A DNA stretch of 64,000 nt. Origin: Camelus ferus (lineage: Eukaryota). The notes beneath the pieces are model-generated. The model searched no databases. It was not told where the DNA came from and saw nothing but the letters and a program-made list of their open reading frames with translations. The translations under genes and the position numbers were made by a program. Below, piece after piece: positions 12,101 to 27,100 of this stretch. Position 1 is the stretch's first letter. Each line of letters begins with the position of its first letter. The stretch covers positions 11,162,001 to 11,226,000 of the forward strand of contig NC_045696.1 in assembly GCF_009834535.1 (NCBI RefSeq), in the 5' to 3' direction.

Positions 12101-15100
12101 ATAAACCCATATTGAATCAACTTGTGGGTGTGGGTCGTTGGAAATAAGCTGTGGTTTATGTAAAATTTTTCAGCCATGGGCAAAAAACAAATGTTTGTGC
12201 TGATGGGGGACGGAGGGCATTTTGTTTGTGGAGTGTTAATGGAAAGCTTTGAGACGATTGAAATGCGTGGTTTCCCAGCGGTTGTAAAGCTCCTTCCTTT
12301 CCTTCAGGTTTCTAGGTAAATGTCGCCTTCCCTGGCAGCCCTCTTCGGAGATAGTCCTTCCACTGTCACTGTCCTTTGGCCTGGCCCTTGCTTCTGACAG
12401 GGACTTACCACCGCCTTGCGTATTTGTTCGTCCTTTCGTTCATTACCCAATAGGCAGGAGTCGGTGAGAACAAAGGCTGGTCTGTTTTGAATCCGCAGTG
12501 CGTAGGACAGTGCTTGGCACGTAGTAGGTGTTGAAAGTGAGGCATTAGTGTGTGGGCAAGGGTTGGCAAATCTTTTCCGTTTGGGGCCAGATGGTAAGTA
12601 TTTTAGTCATGGTGAGCCATGTGGTCCCTGCTGTGACCACCCAGCTGGGCCATTGTAGGACCAAAGCAGCCGTGACATAAGTGAGTGATGTAACTGGTTC
12701 CAGAGAAGCTGTATTGACAGAGGAGGCTGGTGGCCAGAGCTTGCAGCCCGCCGTTTGGAGGTTCAGAGAGCAGTTTTTGGAGTGGCTGTGAGACCTCAGC
12801 AGGTTACTCCTCTCTGGCAGTGTCGCCTCGTCTGTAAAGTGGAAGTACGGTTACTGCCCACCCTAGAGAGAGGTGGTGTGTGCTCGCTGCCTCGAGCAGC
12901 GTCTGGCATGTGCTGCAAACTCTGTGGGTATAAATGCTGTTCATTTTATTAAATCATTTATTAAAATCGTGTGTGTGTATGTGATATTTTGGGCACTCTT
13001 TGCAGATTCAACATTCCATTTATTTGAAAGCAACAGGTATGTTTTGCTTATGAAATTTTCCTATTAAGAATTTTAAGCTTATTATAGAATAGCTTTCTGA
13101 TCAAAATTGTGCTTTTTCTAATTCAGTTGTTGAAAACGTTTCTTATCTGTAAAGTGTCATACTGCATTTATATGAGACTACAAAACAGTGATTATCCTAG
13201 AAACCAGCAACATGACACGCCAGTGAGGCACGTTCTGAGGCTTTTCTGGATGTTACGATTTTCCAGGGACCAGCAGACAGGAAAAGGGACCTTTTCTTAA
13301 AAGGTAGCTGCGGGTAGAACCCAGAGTCCTGGGGGTTTGACCACGTAGATCCTCGGCTAGGTGCTCACTTTCTTTAAGTTGTAGTATCTGCAGGTTTTCC
13401 TGTTGTTATCATCTTATGTCTTTGAAAACTGCTCACTTTGGGACAAATTTTGACTATTTACATACAGTAGATCCCGCGTGCCTCCCTCCCATATTAGCTT
13501 CCTTCAGTGTCTAAGTGAAGGTGTAGAAATTTGAAATAAGCTAGAAACAGAGGAGGCAGAAGACCTGTGGAAAAACTGTGTGCCTTCTGGCTGAGTTCTA
13601 GAAATAATTTTGAGGCGCTCTGGACCTGTGGCAATTCATCAGTACTTCATGGGAAAGAAAAACAATGTAATCTTTTCAAAAGCAAAATACATTCTCTATT
13701 TTTTTATACTTAACGCGCACATCTTTACATACTTGCTTTTTCATGTGTGGTTGGAGGAACGAGGTCAGGAAAATCACAAAAAGAAATTTTAAAATTCACG
13801 CTCGCCTTGACTTGTAGCAGACTGAAGGTGGCTGGGGAGAAGGGAGGCTGGTTTATTCCTCTTCTTTAAAAGTCAGGTGGAACTCGAGGTGGGGAAAGAG
13901 AGATGGGGAACAGGACAAAGTAGAGACTTTTCTAGCCACTCCGAGGTAGAGGAGTGAAGTTGAGGCTTTGGGGTGGAGAGCGAGAACCCCACAGACCACG
14001 AGAACATCCCACTTTCGTGCCGCGAGGGAAATTCACCGGAAATGAAACTTGCCCATCGCTGTGTTACAGCCGTGTTCACTGAGGCCAGTTCCTCAGGATG
14101 GAGCTGCCTGGCACCCTGAGCTCTCCGTGGGGCCGTGAAAGCTCTCTACTCACCCTTTCTCTGCTCTCTCTCTGACAGAGGAGGGAACCTGACCCTCCTG
14201 CACTTCCTGTTGGGTTTGAAAACCGCTGCAGATGATGAGCTGGTGGCTGAGCTGGTGGTCAGCATCCTGAAGGTGTGCCCTGACCTCCTGAACAAGTATT
14301 TCAAGGAAGTGACATTTTCCTTTCTCCCAAGAGTGAAGTCTACTTGGTTAAATAATATCAAACTGCTAAACAAGGTGAAGCTCATGGGTGTTTTGAAGTC
14401 TCCTAGATGGGGTCGTGGGCGGGGTGTGTGGAGTTGGGGGTACAAGCTGGTGTGGGGGGTGACGTTCTGATAAACTCTGCGGGACGAAGACCTGGCTTCA
14501 GCCGTTCTTCAGGGGATGTGTTAGATGACACCTTTATCCTCCGAGAACGACTTGCTTTTCACTGAGCTGAATTTCGAGGTTTATGCTTTTGAGTCTGTTG
14601 AGCCAATTTCATCGTCTTCATCCAGACTTTGCTTGGAGTGAGATCTGGATGGGTTCCAGCAGTGAGGCTGGAATTAGTGAAACATCTGAACTGTAGGATG
14701 GTTTTTAAAGATTGCTATTTCAGGTACTTGCAACAGCCTGAAATAAGCTGTGAATCATTTCACAGTCTGTTTGACTGTGGTCTGTTTGTTTAAGTGGTTG
14801 TGAATTCATTTCCTTCTGATCACAGATGTCAGCCTCCCCTCATCTACCAGCTACACAAATTCTTTGGCAATACTGCCTCGATCAGTTCACACCTCTCTCT
14901 CTCCGCTCCTCTCTCTTGCCCGTTGGAGGGCTGGATGTGAGTCCTTCCACCTCTGCCTTCCAGCCTTCGGGCCCCAGGGAAATCTCTCACTCTCACTGAG
15001 GTCTAGTTTTGTCATCTGTAAACACTGTTTATTTTGAAATAAAGTTTCCCTACCCCAGAGCGTTGTCATGAAGTGTTAAAAGATGACATAATTTGTCAGG

Positions 15101-18100
15101 TGCCTGTCAGGGGCAGCAGCTGATGAGGGAGTAATCCGTTTGTCAGTTGTAGCAGTGACTCATTTGCCAGCAGAGGTTTTAAGAGGCTCCCGAGACCGCA
15201 GGCCAAGCTCTGCTTTGCAAGTCCTTGGGAACGCCAATCCTGTGACCTGACTTGATTTTAACAAGTGGGTTTTGGGGTTGATCTTCTGGATCCTGTTCCT
15301 TGTGGCGAGCCTTGGACCTTTATTACTATCAGTTGTTTCTTCGGAGCAGCTCACTGTTGGGTGCCTACAGTTAGACTCGGGTCTGAAAGTTCACTTCCAG
15401 TGCCAACTCATTGTCTGTTCCCCTCTCCGTAGATCTATGATGCCCAGCCAGACATTTCCCGGGCATTTCAGACCAAAGAGTTCATCCCCTTGCCTCGGCT
15501 TTTGACGATGGTGATGGTGACCACCGCGCCCGTCGTGTGCAATAAGATCATGTTCACCCAGGCATTGAATGTGAGTGGGTACCCTGCTTCCAGACTCCCT
15601 CCCGCCCACCCACTGGCCGTGCTAGGGGGTGGTTCTGAAAATATCAGCCTGGATGTAATGGATCGTGTTTAGTGAGCCTCTGAGACTTTCCACATGTCCA
15701 TTCATCTAAGAAAGGGGTCCGGGGGCCCGAGGCACATTCCTGCTGTGGGATGGGGGGTTAAGGGGTGTCTGCACAGCTCCAGCACGGAGCAGGACCGCTG
15801 GATCCCTGCACCTCGGCTCTGGGCCTTTCCGAGGGTAGGAGGGAGTCAGAGGAAATGTGTCCAGCTCCAGCCCAGTGTCATGCGTTAAAGTCTCATTAGG
15901 ATTTCTGGACAGGATGGGACTGAAATTTACCTAGCAAATCCTTTCTTTTGTGGTTCAAATGAATAGTGTTAAGTTTTCTGGGGAACATTTACTTTGAAGA
16001 CCAGCTGTTTTAGGAGTTTGAGGAAGGATGTGTTTGTGGAAAAAATGGATACCTGCATTCCATATCACTGTTTATTATAAAGGTCCCCAGGTCCCATCAG
16101 AAGGCCACTGTGAGGGACTCATGCATTTTTCACCATAGCATCCTGGCCTTAGGTGAACGGCTGTGAGGTGGGTCCTGGCCCTGCCAGCCCCTCCTAAACC
16201 CAGGTTGCCTCACTGCCTACCTGGGGGAGGCCAGGTGTGCAGAGGGATGCAGGGCCTGGGGTTTCCATGGGGCGGGTGGAGACCACATCCTGTGTTATGT
16301 GAACACAGCAGGACCAGGGTCTGCCGTGGTGGGTTGACCTTGTAGGACCTGGTGGCGATGGGGCCGTTTCTGCAAAGTGGTACACACTCCTCGGATTGTG
16401 CGGTGGGATGGAGCATATTTTTATACCTGTCCAGGGTTTGTGCTGAGAGCAGCTGGTGAGGGGGTGCAGGGTCAAGAGAAGGAGGCCTGGGTGGGACCAG
16501 GCAGGAAGGCCTTTTGTTCTGTTGCCAAACCCTAATAACCAAAGTTAGGTCCCAGGTGGCTGGCCCAGCTGTTTTGTGAGAGACACCAAATATTTTATCT
16601 CAAGGGACCTGCAAGGAAGTGGAATTGAGAGGAGGTTGTCTGGTGCTGCCTCCTCCTGGGAGGAAGATAACTCCCCTGGCTGCATTCAGGGTCCCCTTCG
16701 AGCTGACGCCGGGCAATCTGGGCTAGAGAGGCTGTCTCGCCCCCTTGCACACTCCTGTTCCACGGGAGAGGGGTTGTGCCCCTAGGATGTGCTCCGTCCT
16801 CTGGGTAGAGGACACAGCCTTCTGTCCTGCGGATGCTACCATCCTGTGCAGGCCCGTGTGTGGCCATCAGAGGGGAAGCCGCAGCTCTGCCTTCCCGTCG
16901 GCGGCCCTTTCTGTGCTGACAGTGTGTTCATATGAGTGACACCAGTGACAGGTGTGTCTGGGGGTGGAGTTACGAGTGTGTGGGGTTTTTTTCTAATGAC
17001 ATTTTTCTTTTATTCTTTATGGTATTATCGGCAAAATTTTAATAGCATACATTTTAGAATCGGAAAGAAAAGAGTGAAGTTATTTTAGAAACAGGAAACA
17101 AGAAAGTGTTTGGAGACAGGGTCTCAGGCTGTTGGGTGAGCCTTGTGCTCTAAGCCGGTGGGTGTATGTGTGAACACCTGTTTGGGTCCTGCCTTTGAAG
17201 TGGTGATGGGTTGGGAGTCATTCCTGGTTTAGGACACTTAGCATAGTGCTTCTTTAGTGTACAGTGAACATGTGAAATGAGCCCCCAGCTAACTGGACGG
17301 CTGGGGGGATGGGTGTTATTAAACTAAAAGTACATCAGAAAACCTTATTGTTTCTACCTGGCTGTGAAGGTCCAGTATCCCAGCCGGTGCTCCCAGGACT
17401 TCCCTGCCCTAGGGAATCACCTGGAGCTGATGGTGTCGGTCTGGTTGGACCCTGAGATTGAACATGTCTCCAAATGCCCAGGAGATGCCCTCACTGCTGC
17501 TGGCCCAGGACACATTGCAACCAGCTGGGCCCAGCCTTCCCCCCTTTTAGTAGCAGCACAGGTTCTTGAACCTTATTCAGACTCTGCAGTGAGTTCAGAC
17601 CTTGAAGGCCCGCCTGGCTGTCGTTCTGAATCCAGGTAGAGAGTCTGGATGTGGGAGGCCTGTGATGGGGCTGCGCTCCGAGCCTGGAGGCAGCTGTTCC
17701 TGCTCCGGTTCCTGGAGCCTCTGCCTGTCACCCTCCACCTGGTGTGAAGTGCTTCTCACAGGCTGGTCGGCTTCTGGTGGGCTCTGAATTGTTGCTGCTG
17801 CGTCGGGATAATCCGTGTGAGCTGAGCGGTTGTCAGAGGAGACTTCCCAAAACAAGCAGTGAAACAAAACTTAAGGCTGACTACTAGACTCCTGCTTTAT
17901 TTAGTAACCGCCTTCAGGGTGACTGCTGAGGTCAAATCTGTAGGTCAAGGGGAAAGGGTCACCGGGCCATGTCTGCACAGTGCACAGTCCGCTGGGCTCC
18001 TGTGGCCTTCCCTGCGTGCGACCTGGGGAGGGCCAGGGCCCTGGCGACCTGTGTCCACCAGCGCGGCCGCAAGACATTGGTGGATTTAACTCTTTTTCTT

Positions 18101-21100
18101 CCAGTTGGACAGCAAGGCAGTGAAACACACAGCTTTATCCCTCATTTCCGTCATTTTGAAGAGAGCATTGAAAACTATTGACCACTGTTTGAATAAAGAG
18201 GCCTGGGAGTCGGGAGTGTACACAGCCGCGATGATGGAGGACTTCGTGCAGCTCTTCAGAGAAGCCCTGAGCAAGGTGGGCACGGAAGCCGGGCTTCCAG
18301 GGCTTTCCTTCCAGGGGTCCCAGCACACCAGGTGGGAAAGGTGTGCTTGGGGGCACAGAGGGTGGGTGCAAAGTGAGGTGAAGGGGTTGGGGTGCTCCTG
18401 GGACCCCGTCTCATCAGGAGCTGTTGTGCCCCTTGCTTCCCCCTACAGCTGCACACACGCGGGGCTGGGGCCGCGGTGATGGGGTGGCCTGCTCCCTCCT
18501 CCCCGGGCTCAGTCTGGTGAGCAGGAGAGGCTGGTTGTCTGCAGACTGGCTGGCTCCCCTGAAAGAGCCGAGGGCTTGCTGGCCAGGGTCCCTGTCGCCT
18601 GTCATAAGGATGAGTTTATTGGTTCCCAGTGTCTTGCTCAGGTAAACAAATGTTAAGGCATTTGTTTTAATAATCAATCCTTGTATTTTCACCAAATCTT
18701 ACTGTGGTTAGTTCTAGGATTACACCCCAAACCGAGCTCCCAGAGGACCTGGGCCTCTCTCACGCCCCCACTGGCCCGCCCTTCTCCCTGTTCTGTGCTC
18801 CTCGTTCGTAGGTTCAGTCCATTTGTTTCTCTTCCTTTTAACGTGACTGATTTTCTGTTCGTTTTCCCTTTTAGATTTTACCAGACCTGAACACCATCGT
18901 CTGGGTCTGGCAGTCATTTAGAAAGCAGGAAACGAAACAGGACGACGAGAAAGGAAAGAAAAGGGACAGCGGGACCCCTGCCACCTGCGTAGCTCCCCAG
19001 AGCGGTGAGGGCTCTGTACGGCCTCTGCGGTTTGCAGACGGGGCTGACCCAGGCCGCCTGGGACGACTCTTGTCCGGAGGGGCCTGTCTAGAGGGACTTT
19101 TGAGGGCCTCACCGGCTGTGGTTGAATTTTGTGTCCTTTTTTGCTTGGCATGGCATTGTGGATAGAATTTTAACATCTGTTAGGAGTGTGCCCAAGCTTT
19201 ATGCAAGCACTGTGTCTCTCTAGAAACTTGTATGATGGGTGCCATGTGCTCTGGCCTTTCAAGGAGGGTGGAGGTGGGAGGGAGGGCTCTCTGGTTCTGC
19301 AGAGAGAGGTACAGATCGAGGTGGGGTACGCGGTCTCCTCTGGTAACAAGGTGTATTGGCTCCGACCTTGTCATTGGCAAGGCACTGGGCTTTCTATCTT
19401 GTGTCTCTGTCCTACTTAATTTTTACAGCAGTCCTATGGGGGTAGGCACTGCTGTGTGTCCCCATTGTTCAGATGAGGACACTAAAGCATAGAGAGACAG
19501 AGTAGCTTTAACCTGTCCAAGGTCACAGCAGTGAAATGGGGAGTTAAACCCAGCCTGTTTGAACAGTCTTGACTTTTTCACCACGTCAACTCCTTAACTG
19601 TAGTCCCGTGGAGATCGGCCTGCAGCCCCAGTGTCCGGCACGCAGCTGACTGTGGTGGGTCATGGGTGGCTCAGCTGCCACTGATTGCTGATTGTGGCAA
19701 AGAAAACGCATGTTTCCTAATTCCGGCAGTTTTATTTTGGTTCAGATGATGCCGAAACCATCCTTCTGAAAGCTGTCCTGCTCCAGGTCATCTGCCTCTA
19801 CCAGAAGGTGGTCCCGCATGTGGTCATGCAGTATAACTTTGACTTCAGCAAGCTCCTGAAAGGTGCAACTCCAGGGTTTGGTGGGCGCCCCTCTGCCGTT
19901 CCCGACAGTGGGGGTGAGGGAAACGCGGGGAAACCAGAGCAGAGTCCCCGGAGCCAAGGACTGGGAAGGCAGACGGGCAGTTTGTCTGACGTGTGTGACC
20001 CGCTAGCAGACTGATGTTCTTAAGTTGCTGCGTCCAGCACAGTTCAGGACCATATCTGAGGACGGGCGACACAAGACTTAAGAAACAAAGAGACAAAGTG
20101 AAGAGCCAAGATGGGACCAGGGGACTCAAGATCTCATGGATCAAGTGTCCCGAAAGCCTGGTCGACATCGTATTTATTAGGAGGGTACAGCTCAGAAAAA
20201 AATGCGATCAAAGAGGTGGGGCTTTAGAAATTCCACGCCATAAGCACTAAGTTCTGCTTGCTGGTTAACTGATTAATTTCAGGCTCATCCCTTCCAGGAA
20301 CAATCACCCTCCTCGGGGTATGCGAAATTTCTGTCTATTCCTGTTACTGCCTCCGGTACATCTTGAGATAGATACTTCCCTCCGGTTAAACAGCATGCTT
20401 TCATGCCAGAACAAAGTTCTGTTAATGGATGATCTGGCTTTCCAGGACCTTCCATTGTTTTACCCTAAGGAAATATCTGCCATCTGTTGCGCCCTCACGG
20501 TCAATCTCAGGATTGCCCCTCACACAATTTCTTGAGCATCATACATGTTATAGGTCATCGACTGTGTAAAACATGAAAACAAAGCAGGCGTGTGCATTTT
20601 TAAGCAAGTAAGTGTGAATGTAAGATTTTACGCTCATGGAAATGCTGGTGCAGCTTGGTTTCTAGTTGCTGGTTCTCCAGCAGCTTGTTTCCCAGCATTA
20701 AGTAGCCTGTCTTCCTTAAGGAAGTAATCTGATGATCACTGAACAGCATGAGGAGAGAAGGGAGAAGCCAGCCAGCTGAGTTGCCTGCCATAGGGGATCA
20801 ACAAATAAGATTTTGTGACATAAATGCTAAAGCCTCTTTTTAAAGGAGGAGGGTGCAGAGGGGTGCAGAGTGAGAGGCTCTTGGAAGGATGTCATGTTCA
20901 CACAGAGGCTCTTCTGACGTAGTTGCTCATATTTCACCCAGTGAGTCAAGTGCAAACCACATCTTGTAAAAGTAACATTATGCTTGTCTGGCCATGTTTC
21001 CTTGATGGAAAAATTTGTCTAATAAAATTGACTTTATAATTGGGCCTACGGAGGAAGACTTGCAGAAATATCATTCTTGGGACTTATGTAAGCCATTGAA

Positions 21101-24100
21101 ATAATCCTATTCAAAAGATATAATTAACTTTTTGATTGTTTGGAGGCAAAAAGTTCTCTTGCTCTAAGAATATGAAATCTACTAGAATGTGGCCATTTAA
21201 TATTTAGTTCTGTGTCCTTCCCAAGCAAAGGAGAAGCCTGGAAATCAGGCCAGAGGCTAAGGACCCAGTCTTGGGCTTGGGTGGCCACAGCCGCCCACCA
21301 AGTGCCTGCAGTCTGGGAACAAGGTCTGCACCCCCTCCCGGGGACAACAGTAATGAGGGGCGGTACCTGGAGGGCAGCATGTGGTGAGGGGTCAGGGTGG
21401 GCCGAGTGCAGGCCAGGCTTCCTTGGGCAAGTGCAATCCCAGCTCTCTGTTGAAGGATTTGGACAGATCTTGGGAGGGGAGGATGTGTCGGGTAAGATGG
21501 GTGGGCAGAAGAGCGGGCACAGCTCGTGATCAGGGACCACAGGTCAAGGGTGGACTGAACCCCGTGTTCTTCCTGCCTATTTCCACAGACAGTTTCTTGT
21601 TCAGACCTTGTGGCAGGGGCAGCAGTAGCTGGGCTGCCTCCTCTTAACTTCTTATCTGTTTTCCTCTTTCTTGCCCCCAGGGGTCATCTCAGAGGAGGGC
21701 CTTCGAGAGGAGGTGCCTCCAATCCTGCAGCACCACATTCTGAAGGTGGCCCTGGAACTGCCTGCCAGCAAGTTTCTGTGGCTAAAGGCACAGGTAGGAG
21801 GCCGAGACGCTGCCTTCTGTCATTAACCACCCTGCTGGCTTGTCAGCTTCTGGGCCCGGGAGTTCCTAACTGGATCAGAACCCTGACAGTTATGAAGGAA
21901 GACATTAACAGTTCTCCTTTTAGAGAGGAGCCTTTAGAGCAGAGGCCAGGTCCTGATTTATGAGCCAGGAATCTCTTTGCTTTTGCAAAGTATGGTACTT
22001 AACTGTCCCTACTGAAAATATATTATTGCTGGGTATTGGGGGTTTTAATTTTTTTTTAATCTTGATTATTTTAAGTTATTCTTATCCTTTTTCAACCTTT
22101 TTGAAAATAAACAAACTACATTCCTTTTTCTTTGTCCTCATCCTTGGAGAATTTAAGACAGAGAGGGGAATAGACACCAACCCAGGAGAGGGTCAAGGCT
22201 GGTGGAAAAATTAGTTAAAGTTGCTGGCATTGTTTTCTGTGTTTCTGATAATGTCTTCTAGGACTTTCTGGAGAACATAGTGCTTAATCATAAAGGGAAC
22301 TCATGATGAGACAAGTATTTACCTGTGTATTTAAACACAGGATGCCACATTACTTCTGTCCAAAGAGGGAAAATGACCAGGCAAAACCGTGTTGTCTAAG
22401 CGTGTTTCTCCGTAGCTCAGATGGCTTATTTTCATGACTTGAACCATATGTGAGATCTTGTATGAAACCAGCAGTGTGGAGATGTACGTTGGCACTTTTG
22501 CAGGTGGTGTTTCCAGAAACATACAAGCATGCTGTGGCACTGGGATCTGTGTGCCACGTGAGTCCTCCCTCTAAGGTTCACCTACATCGTAGTTGCAGAT
22601 AATTCTCATCAAGAACTTAACTGCGCACCAGGTTTAACACAAGTGTGCTAAGTGCCATCTCATTTACCAACACGTGAGGGTGAGACAGCTGGAGGGGAGA
22701 GTGGTTAGAAGGCGTCTGCAGGGTCCCAGCCACAAGTGGAGGGTCCAGGATTGGACCCAGGCTGTGTTACCCAGGGCCCTGCTCTCACCCTTTACATATC
22801 CCGTGAGGTCGCTCCCAGGATCCCAGAGAGATGACGAGTCTGAGGTGTTTGGTGTGTCACTCCAGCTGAACTGAGCCATTGGGACCTTGATGATTTGGTT
22901 GGAGAATGAACAGAGGCCTCTTACTTTGAAAGAACTGCTGTTAAGATATTAATTGATACCCCTTGTCTCACCTTCTGCTTATAAGATGGGTCTGCTGGCT
23001 TTGTGAACGCCGGCCCTTCACATGTTGGGGTCAGGGCTTTGGGGAGACACAGACACAGCGGGGTCTGGGCTGGGAATCTGGAGCTTCACACATTCTAAGC
23101 CCAGAAGCCTTTGTTAAGAGGCTTAATTACGTATAAGGGACTGATTATATCAGCAGCGGCCTCCTGCTGAAATGTGGCGAGTGCTGTGTTTGACGGAGTC
23201 AGGCCACCCTGGGGTGGTCTGTTTCTCCACAGCCACCAGCCTGGCCCCGTCTGCACCAGGACTCCTGCGGCTTGAGTCCCACCTCAGCTGTTGAACAGCC
23301 TGTTGCCTCCTTGTGCCTCAGCGTCCACACGTGTGAAATGGGGTAACAGCGCCCCCCTCAGGCTGGTTGGGAATATAGAGAAAATGTGTGAGAAGCACCT
23401 GAGGAGGCCTGTGCTTCCTGCTGGTACTCTGTTATCACTCCAGCTGCTGTCGGGGTGCTGGGTGGGCTCCCTAACTTCTGGGGTTCCTCAGTAAAATCCT
23501 GGCAGCCTTGCTGAGTTGTGGTTAAAATGAGATGAGACAGGAGGCTGGGAAGGATACCGGGCCTGCAGGACCTGTTTGCTCACCAAACAACGGCCTCTGT
23601 TACATTTATAATAAATATCCTATCATTCAAACTCCAGGAAGGCCCAGATGCAGAAATTATTGGAGGAAAACGATCCGTGTTTTACTTACTGATGAAAATG
23701 TTTGTGACCAGTAGCCATTCACAACTCAAGTCATCGACCAAACTCCTGATCGTGAAGGTGAGCACTTTCTTCCAGTTCCTTGTTCTGAGAAGCGTTTGGC
23801 ACAGTCTTCCTTATAGTGGGTGCTTAGTCAGTCACCAGTTGTTGAATTCAGGGATGGATTAGGACTGTTACAATTTAAAAATAGAAGGTTTTATGGTAAT
23901 TATTACTTTTTCTGTCTTAACCTGGCTGTGTTCCCAGAGGCAGCCTGGTGAAATGGGAAAAGCATGCCCGTTGAAGTCCTGTCCCTAGGTTTGAGTCCTG
24001 GTTCTGCCACTTCTGGGTGGCACTGAACAAGTTGCTTGGCCTCTCTGAGTTTAGTTTTCTCCTGGTCAGTGGGAACAATAAAGCCGCAGGATTACAGAGG

Positions 24101-27100
24101 AGATTACACGTGATCAAGTAGTAGGCCACGCCTGGCGCATTCGGGGCTCAGTAAGCAGATTTCGGCCCTCGGGGAGCTGTTCTGATAGGCGGCGCCCCTT
24201 CCCTCGGCCCCAGACTCAGCCTTCTCCAGGCGTCGGCCTCTTGACCTTGCCCATCACCCACCGCATGGGTGCCACTGAAGTCGGCAGGAAGGAACGAGGA
24301 CCTTGACTGTTGGCTTCGCTTCCTTCTTGCTCTTGAACTCGTTCCAGGGCTGTGTCAGTTCTTGCTGCAGCAGCAGGAAATCCAGTTCCTTGGTCTGCTG
24401 TGTAGCAGGCACCTTGGGGATGCTGCAGAAATCACATTCACCGGTTTTAAGGTGCAGACATTTTACCTCTCTTTGAGGTGCTGATAATCTTGCTACCCTT
24501 TAGCCTCACCTGACCTGTGTGGAGGATGTGAACGTCTCGGTCTTGACCTCTCTGAGTTGCCGTTTCCTTACAGGTTGTGGGTGTGAACTTGACCCCAGCC
24601 GGGCTTCGTGGTCACGTGCTACACGGGGGTGGAGTGGCACGGTCGGCTTCCCCTCGGTGCGCTCGGTGCAGGGCTCATGCCATGGGGCTGCTTGGACCCC
24701 GAGTTCTGTCATCAGGCCATTTGGGGGTGTCACTTAACCACCCCTGCCAGTGCAGGTCCAGCCTCGTAACAAGTCCTGTTCCTCTAGAGATGGCGGTGCT
24801 TCTTGCCCGAGGCTGGAGTCCTGAGGGGCCACGTTGAGATGGTGCAACGTGACCTGTTCCCTGTCTCAGACACTTTCACACTGGCCGGGGATTGAGTAGC
24901 TATGAGGAGTGAGTCATGCACATTTACCTGGGTCTTTGTGGAAATCAGACTTCTAAGCAGCAGCTGGATTCTTTCCCTTTTTATTATTTAGGGAAGTGGA
25001 AGGAAAGGGATCAGCGGCTGCAGAACAAGGGATTCTGTTCTCCTTGATCGAGCCCCGAGTGACCGCTTTTCCTTGTGTTCTCGGCCATGGCAGTATGGTT
25101 TTGAAGCCGAGCTTTAAAATTGGTTGGAACTTCGCGCCCCTCTGTGCCCCTGGGGTCTCTGCGTTGTGCTGCGGCTCCCCCAGAAGGCAGGTTCCACACT
25201 CACTTTTCACCGGTGTCTGCCTCCCGACAGATCCTGCGGGACACGGGGGTGTTTGAACACACCTGGAAGGAGCTGGAGCTGTGGCTGGAGCACTTAGATG
25301 ACACCGCAGAGGAGAGAAAAGAAGCTGTGATTCAATTTTTGGAACGTGTAAGCGCGTATTTCCCTATAAAGGAGCACGTTCAGGACAGCATACTAAGTGA
25401 TCCGCAGTATAACTAAGGCATTTTTCATGCACCGGAGCCAAAAGGCCTCTCTTTCTGGCTCACTTCCTAATTTTTGCTGAGATGTCAGAACCTACTTAGT
25501 TTTAGAATCTGTAAAATGGGAATATATTACTGTGTGCTGTTTAATTCCCTTTTGGGAATTTGTCTTTGCAGGCAGGAATAGTGATACGCTAAAAGTGGAA
25601 TTAAAAGCAGTGGTTTAAATGAAAAAGGTATTTTTCTAAATTCTACGACAAAACGTTAAAAGAAAAAGACTTTGCAGAAGAAGTATTGTACTTATGCAGG
25701 CCTGTTAAGATTTTAGCTCTTCCCTTTATTTTACCAGTGACATTGTAGGGCATTTTTCACTTCACGTGAAAGTATTTCCCACTTGGCTCTTTAATGCTCA
25801 GGTTCTCCTGACGCTGGTGGCGAATCCCTATTCATACACAGACAAGGCTTCCGACTTTGTGCAGGAAGCCAGCACCCTGCAGGCCACCATGACGAAGCAG
25901 GACGCCGATGATGTCAGCATTCCCGTCTCCCACATTGACGGTGGGTGCCACTCCCTGCCCCTCCTTGGCTTCTGAAGAGCCAGCCAAGGTGGCATATTAG
26001 AGACAAAACAAGAATCACGCTGAAGCCTTGTGCAGAGTGCAGACATCCCATTTCTTTGTGTCAGAGATCAGCTTCCCCTGGAAACGAAAACCTTATTTGT
26101 TTATGTAACAGGAAGTGTGTGCTGGGCTTGTTGGCTGGGTTTTTATTTGTCCAGTGTTTGACCTTGCTCTGGGTGCTGGTCTAAGCCCTACAAATCTTAA
26201 CTCATGTGACCTCATAAACAACCCTAAGTGGGGGATATGTCCTCATTTTATATGTCGACAAGGCAGCTGAGGCACAGAGAGGTTAAGCAATCTGCTCAAC
26301 CTCACACAGCTAGTATGTAGTGAAGTCAGGATTTGACTCCAGACGCTCTGGTCCTAGTCTGCACATTAACCCTTATGCTCTTCTGCTTCTCAGATTTTGG
26401 CTCATTCCCTTGAATATCCAGGTTAAAGTTCCTGGGCTTCTCAGTGTCATCTGAGGAAACTTCAGCCTGTTATCACCTGAACTGGATAAACCTGCATTTT
26501 GTTTGGCAAAGAATATGATTTTATAGGCCATGCTCTTATCTGTTTAGAATCAAACATTACATTAAGCATTTTCCCCCAAGGGAAGTTTAGCTTTTATTTT
26601 TTCCTCTTTGGACAAGTATTCTCTTGCTCATCCTTTCCTGGGGTTCCTTCTTGCTCATCCTTCCCTGGGGGTCCTTCTTGCTCATGGGGGTCCCTGGGCA
26701 GCTTTTTCCTTGGCTGGATCCCCCCTTTCTGTCTCAGATGTTCTCGACATGGTGGACGTCCTGGTGGAGGGCAGCGAAGGCTTGGACGAGGAAATTGGAT
26801 TCTCACTGAGTGAAGACATGATCCTGCTCACGTTCCCGTTCAGTGCTGTGGTCCCTGCAGCCCTGGAGGCCAGGAATAAGTTGCTCCTGGGGACAGAAAA
26901 TGAAGCAGGTACCTGTGTTCAGTCAGGATGTGCTGGGTGCATCAGGCCAGCAGGGTCTCTGTGGGGTAGGAGGTGGGATTCCAGGGGCTCTGGAAATAAT
27001 TGCTGGAAAACCAAGGTATCAAGGGTTCAGACTCACCCACGTGATGGCTACACAGCTGGTGGAACTAAGTGTTTAGGGGTAGGAATCTGGAGGCAGGCCA

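Noticed and set aside
12290..12322. Pyrimidine tract, AG, 8 nt, GTAAAT: possible microexon or recursive splice site
   Set aside because: Lies within a decayed L2 element; 8 nt would break the frame; no supporting evidence.
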